Source: the human T2T-CHM13v2.0 reference genome, Homo sapiens. Taken from it: a stretch of 64,000 nucleotides of DNA. A program made the translations under genes and the position numbers. The stretch is from NCBI RefSeq assembly GCF_009914755.1, contig NC_060927.1, one strand, 5' to 3'. The notes under the pieces are model-generated. The model was not told the DNA's origin. It did no database searches and saw nothing but the letters and a program-made list of their open reading frames with translations. Of the stretch, positions 15,672 through 29,508 are shown in pieces. The stretch's first letter is position 1; every line of letters starts with the position of its first letter.

Positions 15672-15878
15672 TGTATTAGAGGGTTTCAAGTATATCATTT
15701 AGAGCTGCTGGCGTTAAGAATCACAATCTTCTCCATTTGTTGTATTAGAGGGTTTCAAGTATATCATTTAGAGCTGCTGGCGTTAAGAATCACAGTCTTC
15801 TCCATTTGTTGTATTAGAGGGTTTCAAGTATATCATTTAGAGCTGCTGGCGTTAAGAATCACAATCTTCTCCATTTGT
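15672..15878. repeat. 69-bp x3 tandem repeat (minisatellite)
   Basis: Units start at 15672, 15741 and 15810. They are identical except one A>G in the middle copy. Confidence 0.97.
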
Positions 15879-15889
15879 TTAGCACCTAA

Positions 15890-16328
<439 letters not shown>

Positions 16329-17784
16329 TCTGTCTGCTCTTTCTTTGGGACTCTGCCTGACAGTTTTATGCCCTCACTTCCCAGAAATGGAGAAGCTAAG
16401 CAAATAATTTCTTGATGTTCTGATGGGTCAGGAGGACCCCCAAATTGTAATGTTTTATTTCCTTCACAAAAAAGATTTACATTTTCAAATCTTGGAATTT
16501 CCAAACGTGACTTTATTCCTATTACTTTATATTTTCTCATGCATTTATTTACTGAGGCAGGAATACAGTATATATTCAAATGTCAAAAATGCAAAGGATT
16601 CTTTCTTTTGTCTATGATAGCACAACTCTGAAATAAAAAGCATGAAAACAAGGATCAGCTGCCTTGAAAAGGCACTAGCAAGCTAGACCCAGCCCTAAAG
16701 CTCAGTGGCCTTGTCACCTCCATCAAGGCCATTTTCCTTCAGTCTCCACTTTCTAACCTGTGAAATGAAGGAAACAGGAGATGAGGGCCCTACTGCCAGG
16801 ATCTGATGGGGAATCTCAAAGGCTCATTCCCATGCCAGATCTTTTTTTCACGACCTCAGGTCCTTTTCTAGTCCCTTCGTCATCCTACAATTCCAACACC
16901 CTCCTTGATAGTTTCAAATTCTGCAATTCCCATTCAGATCAATAAATATTTACTAACCAATAAATATTTCTTTTTATTGCTTCTCAGTGCCCAGGACAGC
17001 ATTGAGAAGTCCTGGGCACAGTGAAGCAATAAAAAAGACACATAAGACATCATTTCTTCCCTTAAGAAAAACTAATTGGAAAGAGAGAACTGTTTGCGTT
17101 AGTGAAAATTGGCATTATAGTTTTTTATAAAAATGCAGTTCTAGTGTCTTTGTGCACTTTTAGTAATTCAAAATAAGCCCACAAAGCACTGCTTAGGAAA
17201 GCACTTAGAGGAATGCTTTAATTAATCCACTGAAATTCTTTGAAATGAACAAATCAAGGGCTTCTTTGTAAATGGGAGGGATCAGAGACTTGGAAAACAA
17301 TTGATTCTCTTAAATATTTGAAACATTTTTGTCATAGTTTCACAATATTAATTTGTCCTATTATAGAAGGAAAATGTTTTAAAAAAAAGTCTAGAAACTT
17401 TCTGAAGGATCACATTTTCAGAATGATTGGAATCCAAAATCTGAATGAAAAGTAGAATCCCTTCAGTGAAATGCTTTGTTGTTCATTTCTACGTGTCAAA
17501 ATTCTAACCATCTTTCATAGTCGAATTCTAATATTACCTCATTCATAATAATAATAATGAGTCTCTTCTTTAAGTCTGTGTGGTTGACCATCTGGCCTGC
17601 CTCAGAGCTCTCATCACCTCTTTCCTTGCAATAACAATGTGTGTATTTGCCATCTTTTGCCCTGGGCTGGGCTCCCTGAGAGCTGGCAGCATGTATCCTT
17701 CACCTGCTAGGACTACGCCTTGTAAGTAGCCGGTTTTTGTGTGATGTTAGAGCAGTGGTCAGGTTGCCATTCTGTGATAGATTA

Positions 17785-18420
17785 CTCTATCCATTAGAAA
17801 ACAGATTCACTTGTTCTAACAGAGGCCCAAAATAAAAATGGCTGAAACAAGTTAGATATTTCTTTCTTGTTTACATTAAAAAATCACCCACCAGGAGACA
17901 AGGGCTTACAGAGTAGCTCTGAGGTGTGGGGAAGCAAAGTTCCTCCTAACTTGTTGCTCTATATGATCTACACGATACAAAATGGACTCTCCACCATGTC
18001 TGTGTTCCAGTCCATTGGAAGGAGGACAAGCGGAAGTGGAGCCTCCTATTTCTACTTCAGGCACAACTGGGCAGTTGCATGCATTGCTTCCACTCACATC
18101 CCATGGAGAACTTTGTCTTACGGTCCTGCCTACCCAGTGGTGTGCTGGAGCCCTGTCCTAGGGTTGTGTGAGAGTGGATTGTGAGTCATGTGATAGCCTG
18201 AAATCTGCCATGGGAGAATTAACACCATAGAATTGGCAAGTGCTACATCTTATTTTTCTTCCATGAGAGCTGGTTGTTAAACATCTATCAGCAATCCACT
18301 TCACCTAGCTGCAAAATAAGTTGAAACATAGAGTTGTTGTTGTTTTTTTCGGATAGCTACATGTCTAGCTAACAATTCTGTATTTAGGAGCAACAGGTTG
18401 TACTTCTATAGAAGAAGCTA
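17785..18420 (-). mobile_element. Old MaLR LTR (MLT1-like), interrupted by MER63
   Basis: 'aaatggctgaaacaag...ttgcatgcattgcttccactcacatcccat...cacctagctgcaa' resembles antisense MLT1. Boundaries approximate. Confidence 0.5.
18135..18300. mobile_element. MER63A-like hAT MITE
   Basis: Termini 'cagtggtgtgctggagcc' and 'gagagctggttgttaaacatctatcagcaatccact'. Confidence 0.75.
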
Positions 18421-19383
18421 AGGATGGATATTTGCAAACAATTAGAAGTCTCTATAAACATGACATTATTTGGAAACAGAGAACTTTGGAAAACCTATGC
18501 ATTTTACCATGAGAGAACAGATATGTCTATACCTATATATACATGGAGATTAATTGCTGTTGTTATCCAGTTGTGAAGTCTGTGCTAGAGAGAAGTTAAG
18601 CTTATTCTATGTGGGCTCAAGGTACTTACCTCTAGATAGAGGTTACATGAGCCAAATTCTGCCCCTTATTGACTATAAGCACTGTCTAGAAATGCAGCTT
18701 TGGTTCCCATCACTGCAGGTGTCCACGCAGGAACTGAATCATTTATGGGGTTTCCATAGAGGAGATTCATTCTGACTGAAGGTTACCCTTGCCGTTTCCA
18801 AGTCTCTGTTTATCCTTCACATCTCAAGGACGCTGTTCCTGACCTTTGAGATTCTTATGGCTTCCAGGACTTTCCTTTGCTCTACTTACCACAGTCTGTA
18901 ATTGTTAGGATAATGGTCCAGTTAATGTCAGTCTCCTCAACTAGACTGTAAAACCAGCAACTGTGTTGCTTTCTTACCGTTGTATCTGCTGCACAGAGCA
19001 AAGTGTGTGACCACAGTGGGCACTCATTAAATATGCACTGAATGAAGGATGGTTGCTGTGAGACAGCAGTGTGAAAGTCCTTGTTAACTGATCATAATAA
19101 TTATTACATCTAAATAAGACATTGAGATATAAAACAGAACAGAAAACAGGTGAAGGAAGTGGCAGTAAATTCTACCAGTCATCTAGGGGGAACTGAATTT
19201 GATACTAGGCTTCTCGGAAACTAAACACAAAAAGAGAACATGTTGAGTTACTAATTTTTTTTTTTCTAAAGGGATAAAACTTATGGAAATCATCTGAAGA
19301 AGTCAATTCCTGGTGATTTATTAAAATTAGATTATTGTTTATTTCTAGTTAATATTTAATATGATTAAATATCTCTTAACTTG

Positions 19384-19560
19384 AAAGAAAGAGAGGAAGG
19401 AAGGAAGAGGGGAAGGAGGGAGGGAGGGGGAGGGAGGGGAGGGAGGGGAGGAGGAGGGAGGGAACAGAGAGACGGAAGGAGGAAAGAAGGAAGGGAGGAA
19501 GGGAGGGAGGGAAGAAGAAAAGGAAGGAAGGAAGGAAGGAAGGAAGGAAGGAAGGAAGAT
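19384..19560. repeat. Polypurine (GGAA/GGGA)n tract
   Basis: Directly visible; nine consecutive GGAA at 19522-19557. Confidence 0.95.
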
Positions 19561-19799
19561 GAAACAAAACCTCCCTCTACCGGCCTCCAGCAATTAACCT
19601 ACTACCCAAATTCCTTCACAGATTGTCTGCACTTACTCTGTCCACTTCCTTACCTCCTATTCATGTTTGTTTTGCTCCTACCTTCACCATTTTATCAGAG
19701 CTGCTGTCAAGAAGGGCAACAGTAAATTTGTCCTGGCTCTATCTCCAGTTCGATCTTTATTACAGTAGACATTTCTTAATTCTTTGAAATTCTTGACCC

Positions 19800-20770
19800 T
19801 AACTAGATCATGTCCCTTGGTTCTGTCACATCAAATTTCACTGGTTCTCTTCTTGTCTTCCTGGATGTTCTTTCTCAGTATCTTTTAAGGGCTGCTTGAG
19901 CTCTGTTATTCTATTGAATGCTGTTCCTCCGGTTTTAAAAATATTTTCTTTGACCCTTTCTCACTCTACAAGTTCTCTCTTAAAATGTTATATACTCTTA
20001 TGGCTTTAATTACTCTCTTGATTCTAATGACTTCCAATTTTAGATTTTTAGACTAGATTGCCCATCTGAGTTTCAAACCTGTGTGTATAAATTCCTCCTG
20101 GGTATCTCATAAGCACCTTGAATTCAGCATGCCCCAAGCGCAGCCAATATTCCCCCCTCTCCTTAACCTTTTATTCCTCCTGTGTTTCCATCTAAAGAAA
20201 GGGCCCTGCCCTCCCCACTACCTGTCTCTCAAGGCAGAAACATTGCTATCGTCTTTAACCCCCGCTCGCTGTGACTCTCCATCCCTAAGCACTCAGCCGC
20301 CAAGTCCTATCAACTCTACTTCCTAAATCTTTCTCAAATTTGTCTACTGAGCCCTATCCCCAGTGTCACTGCCTAACTGCAGTTCCCAGGATTTCTGCCA
20401 CAGCTCTTAACCCAGCTTCCAGCCCTGGGTTTGCTTTCCTTCTGGTCTCCCACAAAGCACCCCAAGCGGTCTTTCTAAAGCACTCTCTGAACTTATATTT
20501 GTCCTGCTTAAAACTTTTTTTACATGGCCTTCAGGATAAAGCCCTAACTCTACAGGAGGCTTAAGCGGCCCTGCCTGATCTTATTCCTGCTCACTTTCCA
20601 GCCTTATCTTCTCCTTATCCCAAACCTCACACCTCACTTCACTCTCCCTGCAACTGACAGCATCTGCTTACCAGGACACCTGGACCTCTCTTGCCTCAGA
20701 TCATTGCATGTGCTGTATCCATCCCTCCACGTTTGTCCTGGATTACTCCAATCATCCCTTCACTCTCATC
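19800..20770 (+). mobile_element. L2 LINE relic
   Basis: Pyrimidine-rich body with L2-like motifs ('gtatctcataagcaccttgaattcagcatgccc', 'ggccttcaggataaagccc'). Boundaries approximate. Confidence 0.6.
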
Positions 20771-20981
20771 TTAGAAGTAACATCATTTGTTTATTCATTC
20801 AACAAATATTTACTGAGCACCTACTATGTGTCAGGCACTTGTAATACAACAGTGAGCAAGAAACACATGGTCTCTGCCCTAAGAGGCCTTCCTTGACTTT
20901 CTAAGACTGAGTTGTCTTCCACAGAACGCTGTCCTTACCCCACATGGCACTGTCTCCAGTGTATTTTAATGACTTTTAAAC

Positions 20982-21210
20982 CAGTGTCAACCAACATTTT
21001 ATGTAAAGGGACAGATGAGGAACAGTCAACATTTTGGTTTTGCAGGACATAAGGTTTCTCTCAGAACTATTCAATTCTGCAGTTGTGGAGGAACAGTGGC
21101 TAAGAGATATATATATAAATGAATTGGCATGGTGTATTCCAATAAAACTTTATTTATAAAACAAACAGTGATCCGGAGATGGCCCATTGGCCATAGTTTG
21201 CTGACCCCTG
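20982..21210. mobile_element. MER58A hAT-Charlie MITE
   Basis: 'ccaataaaactttatttataaaac...ggccatagtttgctgacccctg'; 8-bp TSD-like ttttaaac/gtctaaac. Confidence 0.85.
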
Positions 21211-24200
21211 GTCTAAACAGCTAAACTAGGATGTTTTTATTTACCTTTGCACCCACAGTGCAAGCATAGCGTTTGACATAGGGGCTTCTCCATACAAGTT
21301 TGTGGGATGAATAAGTGAACGGTAAATGAACAAATTAGGATGGACCTGTTTTGCTCTTTTTCCTCTGTGGCCATATCTTCTTGGTCACAATATGCTCCAT
21401 ATTTATTCTGTGTAGTCAGTGACACCCCCTCCCCTCACTTCAGATAGTTTTCATCTCCTGTTCATCTAAACATTCATGTTGAGCAAATACCATATCAGGA
21501 ATGTGGGTTACTTTGGTGGTCATTAAGATTTAAAGCCTTTGTTACTACCTCTCAAGCATTCCCCACAGCATCGTGTTTGTTTTTCTTTTAGGTATGATGG
21601 TTAAATTTTGTACTGTGTAGTTATACTTCATATATTGATTATAGACTTTAGTAATTCTGTGTGCGTATAGATGTATTCATTCCTTTGTTGCATAAATATT
21701 TATTTAAATCTACCTTAAAATCTTTCTGGAGCATGTAGGATATTATAAACAAACCGCAATTAAATCAATGTGTAAAGCACTTATTATGTACAGGGCACCA
21801 GGAGAAGTTTCAGTGTGCAGTGGGGACAAAGATAATTCAGATAAGGTATTGTCACTAAGGGGCTTATCTGTTAGAAAGGAGGTAAGAATGTAACAGCAAA
21901 TGATTACAATACAATGTAGAAAGTGCTAACCTCTTTAAGAAAGGAATCAGAAAATCTTAGGAATTAAAATTATCTTGGGCCAAAGAGATCAAAAAAGGCT
22001 CAGAGGGAGAAGTATTTGATCTGGAAATGAAAAGGTAGGTATTCAGGATACTGATATGACACTGAAGGGTCTTTGAGACAGAGAAAAGTATAGGCACATC
22101 CACAAGTTACTAGAAAGCAAGTTTTAATGAAGCTACAACCAGGGACTGGCTGATAAAAGTGAAGCCAAATCCCTTCAAGAAGGTGCCAAGTCCATTCTGG
22201 TCTGGAATGCATTGATAATTGGGACATTATGCTCAGAGACTCCAAATTGACATTCTGTCGTCATCCCTCTTGGAATAGAAACTCTGATCCTTTAAAGTAA
22301 TTAGCACCAATTTGGAGCATGTGTGCAAAAATAAATCACCAGTGTCCAAAAACAGATACATTAGGTTCAATGGTTATGAAGCAAATGTTCTTATTAGCTC
22401 CGCCTACGTAAACAAAATCAGAAGTAATTAGCATTTAAAAATAGAAGAGACAAGAAGAGATCACAGTTCCCACTGGAAAATTATTATTTATATAAAGGTC
22501 CACAATGCTGACACACACGACTTGCCCTTCCTGGTCTCAGTCCTGTTTTTCTGTGGCTACAGGATCAGTTTTCTTTCCTGAGGGAAAGGAGAAGAAACTG
22601 TGATTGTGTGCATTTCAAACGTCTTGGTTGAAATTGAAAAGTGTGTGTTCTCCACCAAACAAAAATATATCTTTTCTCCATCTCCTCCTCCCTACCTCTT
22701 CAGTGTGCCTCATCCCATCCTCTTTTCGGGTGGGGAGAGTTTGCTGTGTCTCGAGATTGTGAGCAGAATCTGCCTCCAGATTGCAGGAAATACTATTGGC
22801 CTTTGCACACAAGACACCTACCTGTTGGAGAAAGCGTCAGTAGCCCACATTGAAAGGCAGCAGCTCTCATTAACTCACCTGTGCACACTTCGAAGTGACC
22901 CTTGACATCTTCTCCAGAACATGTTACATCTCTTCAAGGACGGAGCCTCACGGCGTTAGGTGTCAGAATGGGGAGGTGAACTGGCCATGGAGCTCCTGAA
23001 AAGCTGAGGAGGAGACATGAGCATGTTTGGCATAATAAAAAGAGCACTGACCAATGGCCCAAGAAGCCTCTGAGTCCCAGCTGTGCCACTGACATGTTCT
23101 GTAACCTTAGCCAAGACATGTGCTTTTTCTGGGTCTCAGTTTCCTTAGGGGCTAAACTGCGTCATCCTCTTCATCCTCTTGCTCTAGGATGCCATACAGA
23201 TTTCTACCCTTTTAAAGACATAACTTCAGTCTTTTATCTGCCTTTTTCCATCTGTTGTCTTGGAAAGATGTGAATAGCATGATTTGGGGTGGGGAGGGTA
23301 GGACTTGCGCATTTCTCTAGTCCTCATTTATAAAATGTGTAAAAATATGCCCCACACTTCCTTCCCCAAAAGACTGTGGCTTTAGGAACACAGGACAAAT
23401 AAACATGGAAGACACAGAAGGCCTTCTTCTCAGGGTCATGGCAGAACCCAACAAATCACTCTCAGTCCTAGAAACAAACATCACATTTAAAGCTGAGGGG
23501 AACTTGGAATATAATTGAGGACTAAAGAGGGAGAACTTTGCTCAAAGTAGCATGTTAAAGACAGAACCATGTTTCAAACCTTTTGGTTCTAAATCATCTT
23601 TCTAGCATGTCATTCTTCTGGCTTTTGGATGTCTAACCTTGAATTGGGGCTGAGGAATTGATTGGCATACATCCACTTTAAGTAAAATTATCAGTGGCAT
23701 TGGAAGGGGAGAGTGAGTGGATTAAATCCTTGACTCTTAGCTCTTAGTTTTTGTTAGGGTTTAATTCATTTTTTGTGCCTTTTCCCCAAATGATTTGTGG
23801 TTTTTTCCTTTTAATTAATACCAGTCCCTCTGGCTATCTTGCACACCTGCTAATGGTTGGGTCTTTTTGTTTCTGCCACAACTGAAGACTTGGCTCAAAT
23901 ATCTTCTTCTCTGGGTATTTTACCGTCTTCCACAGCCAGTCTATATTCCATGGCACTTCATCGGTATTTTCCTTAATAATTACCTCAAGCTTTTCTAAGG
24001 TCCATCTCCTCTGTTAAGTTGTCTGCTCTTTGAGAACCGGGAACACCTTCGTGTCCTTGTTTCCAATGCTGGAAATGCTATTCAGTTATGCTTATTGAAT
24101 GAATGAATAGAAGAAATAAGAACTTCGTCCGTAACCTGATTGTGCCCTAGGAGGCCCTCAGAGTGATGGCAAACATAGCAGTGGCCTCCACTTCATTCTT

Positions 24201-24772
24201 TATGAAGAATCAAGAAAGGTCAAATAATGGGCAGATCTGTCTTGGCTATATCTGATCTCTTATGTTGTTACACCTATGAATTTATAGCACTCATCCGTGA
24301 CTACTCAAGTGTAGCCTGAGTACACAGAGTGACCCTGCCTAGGCTCAAGAGGTGAAGGAAAAGAACAAAAAGACAACTTGCAAACTTTGGGTTGCCAGTC
24401 TCAGCATGAGGGCCTCCCAGAGCTAACCCCCAACTGGCTTTGGCTACAAGCCTGGATCTGTTGTCTGGGCACCGGCACTGGTCAACTTGGTTATTGCGAG
24501 TGGAATGTGACAAGGGTCAGACACCAGGGGTGGTACCTGAAACTGTTTCGGAAAGAGTGAAAGAAAATGTGGCCTCTTTGCTCAAACACTTGAAGGAGGA
24601 GAGAAGGGGAAGATTACACAAATAGCCATCTGACTTCTATCCAGTATGGCAGGCAGGAAAGCAAAAGAGAAATTTCTGAAATATTGGTGAAAGATTGGAG
24701 AAAGAGGGAGAATCTGGAGTGAGGGTACTGGAATAAGGAAGACAGAGACGAAAAAGACAGAACAAATAAACA

Positions 24773-24997
24773 TGGGAAGGAAGAGGGAGGAAGTAAGGAG
24801 GAAGGGAGGAAGGAAAGAAGAAAGAAAGGAAGAAGAGAAGGAGGGAGGGAGGAAGGCAGGGAAGGAGTAAGGGAGGGAGAAAAAGGGAAGGAAGGGAGGG
24901 AGGGAGGAAGGGAAGGAGGAAGGAAAGAAGGAAGGGAGGGAAGATGGAAAGGAGGGAGGGAGAGAAAAGAGAAGGAAAGAAGGAAAGGAGGAGGAAG
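24773..24997. repeat. Polypurine GA-rich low-complexity tract
   Basis: About 225 bp, almost only G and A. Confidence 0.95.
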
Positions 24998-26429
24998 GTC
25001 AGTCATTTAAAATGAGAAAAGAGAACAAAATCAGCTAGGGAGCGGGTGAGAGAAAAGTTTGGAGAGAAAAAAGAGAAGTGGAGAGCCATGAGGACAAGAC
25101 TCAGGACAACTTGAAATGTGCCAGACCTGCTCAGCTCCGGAAACTTCCTTTTGTAAGCCTGGCACGGGGAAGATCTGTGCACAGAGGAAAATGTGCCAAC
25201 TCCTGCCCAGGGCCTGTCAGAGGATAGAAACAGATCAATTAACCTGGGTGGGGCTCTCCTGCCAGTGCTCAGGGCCTGGCCAGGCCAGACCAAGCCAAGG
25301 ACTCTCACGTGATCATTAGGCTATTAAAGGCCATGAGCTGCAGGCTAGAGTCAGCCTTTTATCCTGAGAAAAATCCTCTTCCTGTACCAACATCATTCTG
25401 CTGGCCCGGCCACCACCTCTCTGCCAGGCCCAGCTAGGGACACAGTTAGACCAGGCACTTGGCCTTGGAAAACAGACACGTGGGCCACTCTGTGGCCAGC
25501 ACAGCCTGATGTAACCAATTGGTGGGATAATCTTGGGGCATATTTGTGGATCGAACAACAGGCATTTGGAGCAGAATGTTTCCATAGTTCTTAGACCTGG
25601 AACTCCCTCATCATTCAACAGATGAGGAAATGGCAAAGAGAGAATTAGTTGTCTAATAGCAACCACCTAGGTATTGGCAACATTGGGACCAACACTCCAG
25701 ATCTGTCGTCACTATGCGATAAGATGTATGTATAGCACATGAAGTATTCAGGACAGTGCCTGCCATGAAGTAATGCTCAGTAAATGTTATGGCCATTATC
25801 AGAACATACTAGCAATATTGGGACTCTAAGAAGCTCTTAACAACTGGTTTAGTGTGGAAGACGAATTGGAGAAGAGAGAGAACAAAGGTGAGGAGATTCC
25901 TGATGGGTCCTCCGAGGCTGGGTTTCCTGCACCTTTTCTCTTTCCCCACTCAAACTCTGTGCCTGCCTCCTGGCAACAGTGTTGATTCACTGTCCACCGT
26001 AATGCTGTCCCCGGAGGACAAGAAAATGAGAAGATGTGTTCTCTGACATCAGAGACTGATGACCTATAGGCCGAGATGCTGTAGTCACCCACAAATACCC
26101 CCCAAAAATTTGATGTGATAAGCTTCCCAGGTTGAGATTCACTTAATCCATCTGTTGTTTAATGCCTGAAAGTTACCAAGGAAAAGAAACAATTGTTTCA
26201 TCATTAATTACTGTGTGATTTTTTTTTTCCCATATGAATCTCATCTCCTTACCTAGGATAAGAACTCCTTAAAGGAAGAACTGTATCTTAAACTTTTGTA
26301 TCATCCTCTCCACTAGGACAACTAGAGAGCCGAGGAGCATGTCGCAGGCACTCGATACACACAAAGTGTGAAAAAGTCAAGGGACTGGTTTTTGATGTGA
26401 TTTAAGGAAATCAGTCCTTTTGTTTTAGA

Positions 26430-26485
26430 TCCACGTGATTCATCTAAAAGTAAATTTCCACGTGATTTCTCTAAAAGTTAATTTC
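26430..26485. repeat. 27-bp x2 tandem duplication, each unit carrying CACGTG
   Basis: tccacgtgattcatctaaaagtaaatt / tccacgtgatttctctaaaagttaatt. Confidence 0.85.
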
Positions 26486-27237
26486 ACCTTTGCAAAATGA
26501 TGAACTGCCCTTAGAACTACCTCTAGGCTAAAATTATGCCACCCTCTCTGCTGTACAAGTTCTTCAGGCATGCTTCATATTCTGCAAGTTGTGAATCTGG
26601 GTAGGCAAGAGAGAAATGTCTTGGAAAATGGGATTATAGAAGGTAACAGCCACTGGAAGAATTTGGCCCCAAAGCCGAGGACTTTTCAATCAATATGCAT
26701 GACTTTTAGAATTCCTATTTTAATCAGAGAAACGGAAATGAAATTCCCAATGTAGCTTTTAGTTAAAAAAATAAATTACAAGTGGTATATGATATTCATG
26801 CATACCATTTCCTCTGAAATTCTTTTTAAGAATTGAAGAAAATAACTATATAACATACTGGAAAGAACACTAGCTTAGGAGTTTCATGCCCTAAATTTAT
26901 CACCTGGTAGCTATGTGATCAAAAGCAGTCAGTTCTTGTCTTACCTCACTTCACTCATATATAGAATAATAGGGCTGATGATATGTAAGCTCCCCAATAA
27001 TAAATGAGTCTATAATTCCGTGCTTATGTTGAAGACCCATCCATCTATCAACCCATCCATCCTCTCCACAAATATATATTGAATTCCTGCTTGGGCAATG
27101 TCCTTGTCATTCGAGCCCTTCTGCTCTGAGTTGATAGGTTGATGGCATCATCACGCTTCCAAGCACCCAGACTCAGTATCTCTACTCTCTGCCTCCTCGC
27201 TTACCCTCCTCACCTCCAACCAATCCCTGATACCTCC

Positions 27238-27606
<369 letters not shown>

Positions 27607-28467
27607 TAACAGTTCTCACTTGAGCTATTGCAAAAAATTCCTAAGAGGTCTCCTAGCCTTAACACTCTTTGTTTCCTATCCACTATACTTACTATGTCTG
27701 AAGTTATCTACAATTTCTTATTTTTATCCACATTTTCTGAAGTTTTGTTGAATGACAGGCACTGTGCTGGGCTCTTAAGGAGCTCAGAGTCAAGAGAGGA
27801 AGACAGGCATTAATAGACGAGCACAAGATGGTGGAGGAATGATCAGGGTGTTAGGTTTCCTCTTTTCTTCTCTTAAAGCCTTGCTCCTTAATGGTTTCCT
27901 CTTTCAGGCTTTTAGTGTCTCACTCATCACATCCTCTTACAGTTTGTTCTCTACCTTGTTCTTGACCAGATGGAGCAACTTGATAGCAGGAATCTCATCA
28001 ATTCAAGCCATCCTTGTACTCAGAAACATGAGTGCCTCCCTTTTGCTCTCAGAGGGAAGTCCAAACATTGCACTGGGCATTTCAAACCCTTAAAAATTTG
28101 ATGCTGTTTTCCAATTAACTCTGCTAATAATCCCATACTGAATTCCACCCGTATCTCAAACCCTCTTCTCTCACACCTATTCTACCTCTAAAATCTCACC
28201 CTTCAGCGACACAAAGGCTTAGCCACACCCAGTGCTCTCACATTCACTGCCTTTTGTGGGGTAAGCCATTTCCTCTTCTGGGCATGCCCAATACACTTTT
28301 TTCCCCTCCTCCTCTGCCTGAAAGACTTGCCTCAAAGATCCTATCCTCTTTTCGTGCTCTAGCTTAAATTCTATCCTTTCTAAGAACCTTTGCCGATAAT
28401 CAGCTCCACCATGCAGAACTAATGTTCATCTGCTCCTCAATACTTTTTATAATAAATGTTCTAACAT

Positions 28468-28654
28468 TCTCCCTCCACACCTCCCTGCAAGTTGAGGGAG
28501 CCAGCTCTGGCCTTGGCCAGCCCAGAAAGGGTCTCCCACAGTGCAGTGGCGGGCTAAAGGGCTCCTCAAGTGCCGCCAAAGTGGGAGCCCAGGCAGAGGA
28601 GGCGCCGAGAGTGAGCGAGGGCTGTGAGGGCTGCCAGCACGCTGTCACCTCTCA
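28468..28654 (-). mobile_element. LTR12C (ERV9) 5'-terminal 187-bp remnant
   Basis: Reverse complement reads TGAGAGGTGACAGCGTGCTGGCAGCCCTC...GGAGGTGTGGAGGGAGA, the start of LTR12C; flanked by ACAT on both sides. Confidence 0.9.
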
Positions 28655-29508
28655 ACATGTCGTGGTCTATCTTTTGCAGAGGTTTTGTGAACGTTTCTAC
28701 TTGCTATATTATGAGCTCTGTGGGAGAAGTGCCCATGTCACTTGAATTTTTGGATCCTCTGCAGCACAGAGAGCTTAGTGCCTGACACTTAGGCTAACTC
28801 TGTACTGAGCAATTGCCATATGCCAGGTACTGCACAGGCTGTGCGATACTTCATCCTCACAACGGATGATGAAACTGGGCTCAGAGAGTCTAAGTAAACT
28901 ACTCAAGGCACCAGCAGGTGATACAATCTAGTTTTAAACAAGGGTGCCTCTTAATGAACAGCCTACACCACTTTCCCACAAGGGGCCACAATGCATGCTG
29001 AATGGTTTTGTAACCATTTGGAGAAGAGGTTGAAGATGTACTGAACAAGCATTTTCTGATTACCTAGGGAGATTTCTAAAGGTTTTTTTTTGAGAGTTGG
29101 CGTTTGCTTTTATCCCCAAAAACTGAATAGGAATTTGACCAAGAAAAAAAGGTAAGGATATTCTAGTAAGAGAATAAAATTTGAGCTCAGTCTTCCATAG
29201 AGTGTAAGGGATTTTTTTTTAAGGGGTAGATGAGAACTATTTACTGATTAATTTCCCCAGTCAGACTGTCAGCAATAGAGGGAAGAAAGCATCTGGGTCT
29301 TGCTCAGGGCTGTTTCTCTGTTGCCTATGGCAGAGCCTAATACAGAGCACATGTTGGATAAATATTTTGTCAAAATTAACCTATTCAATAAATACTATCT
29401 AAGCAATTCTTGCATGCATATCTTTTAAATTCACTCTTGGCCTGGAATGCTAAACCCTAATTGTCTTAACGAAGGCTTTAAAAGCCCAAACCAAAACTTT
29501 TAGACCCT

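Noticed and set aside
15672-15878. CRISPR-like array
   Set aside because: The units are contiguous with no unique spacers, there are no cas genes, and the DNA is primate.
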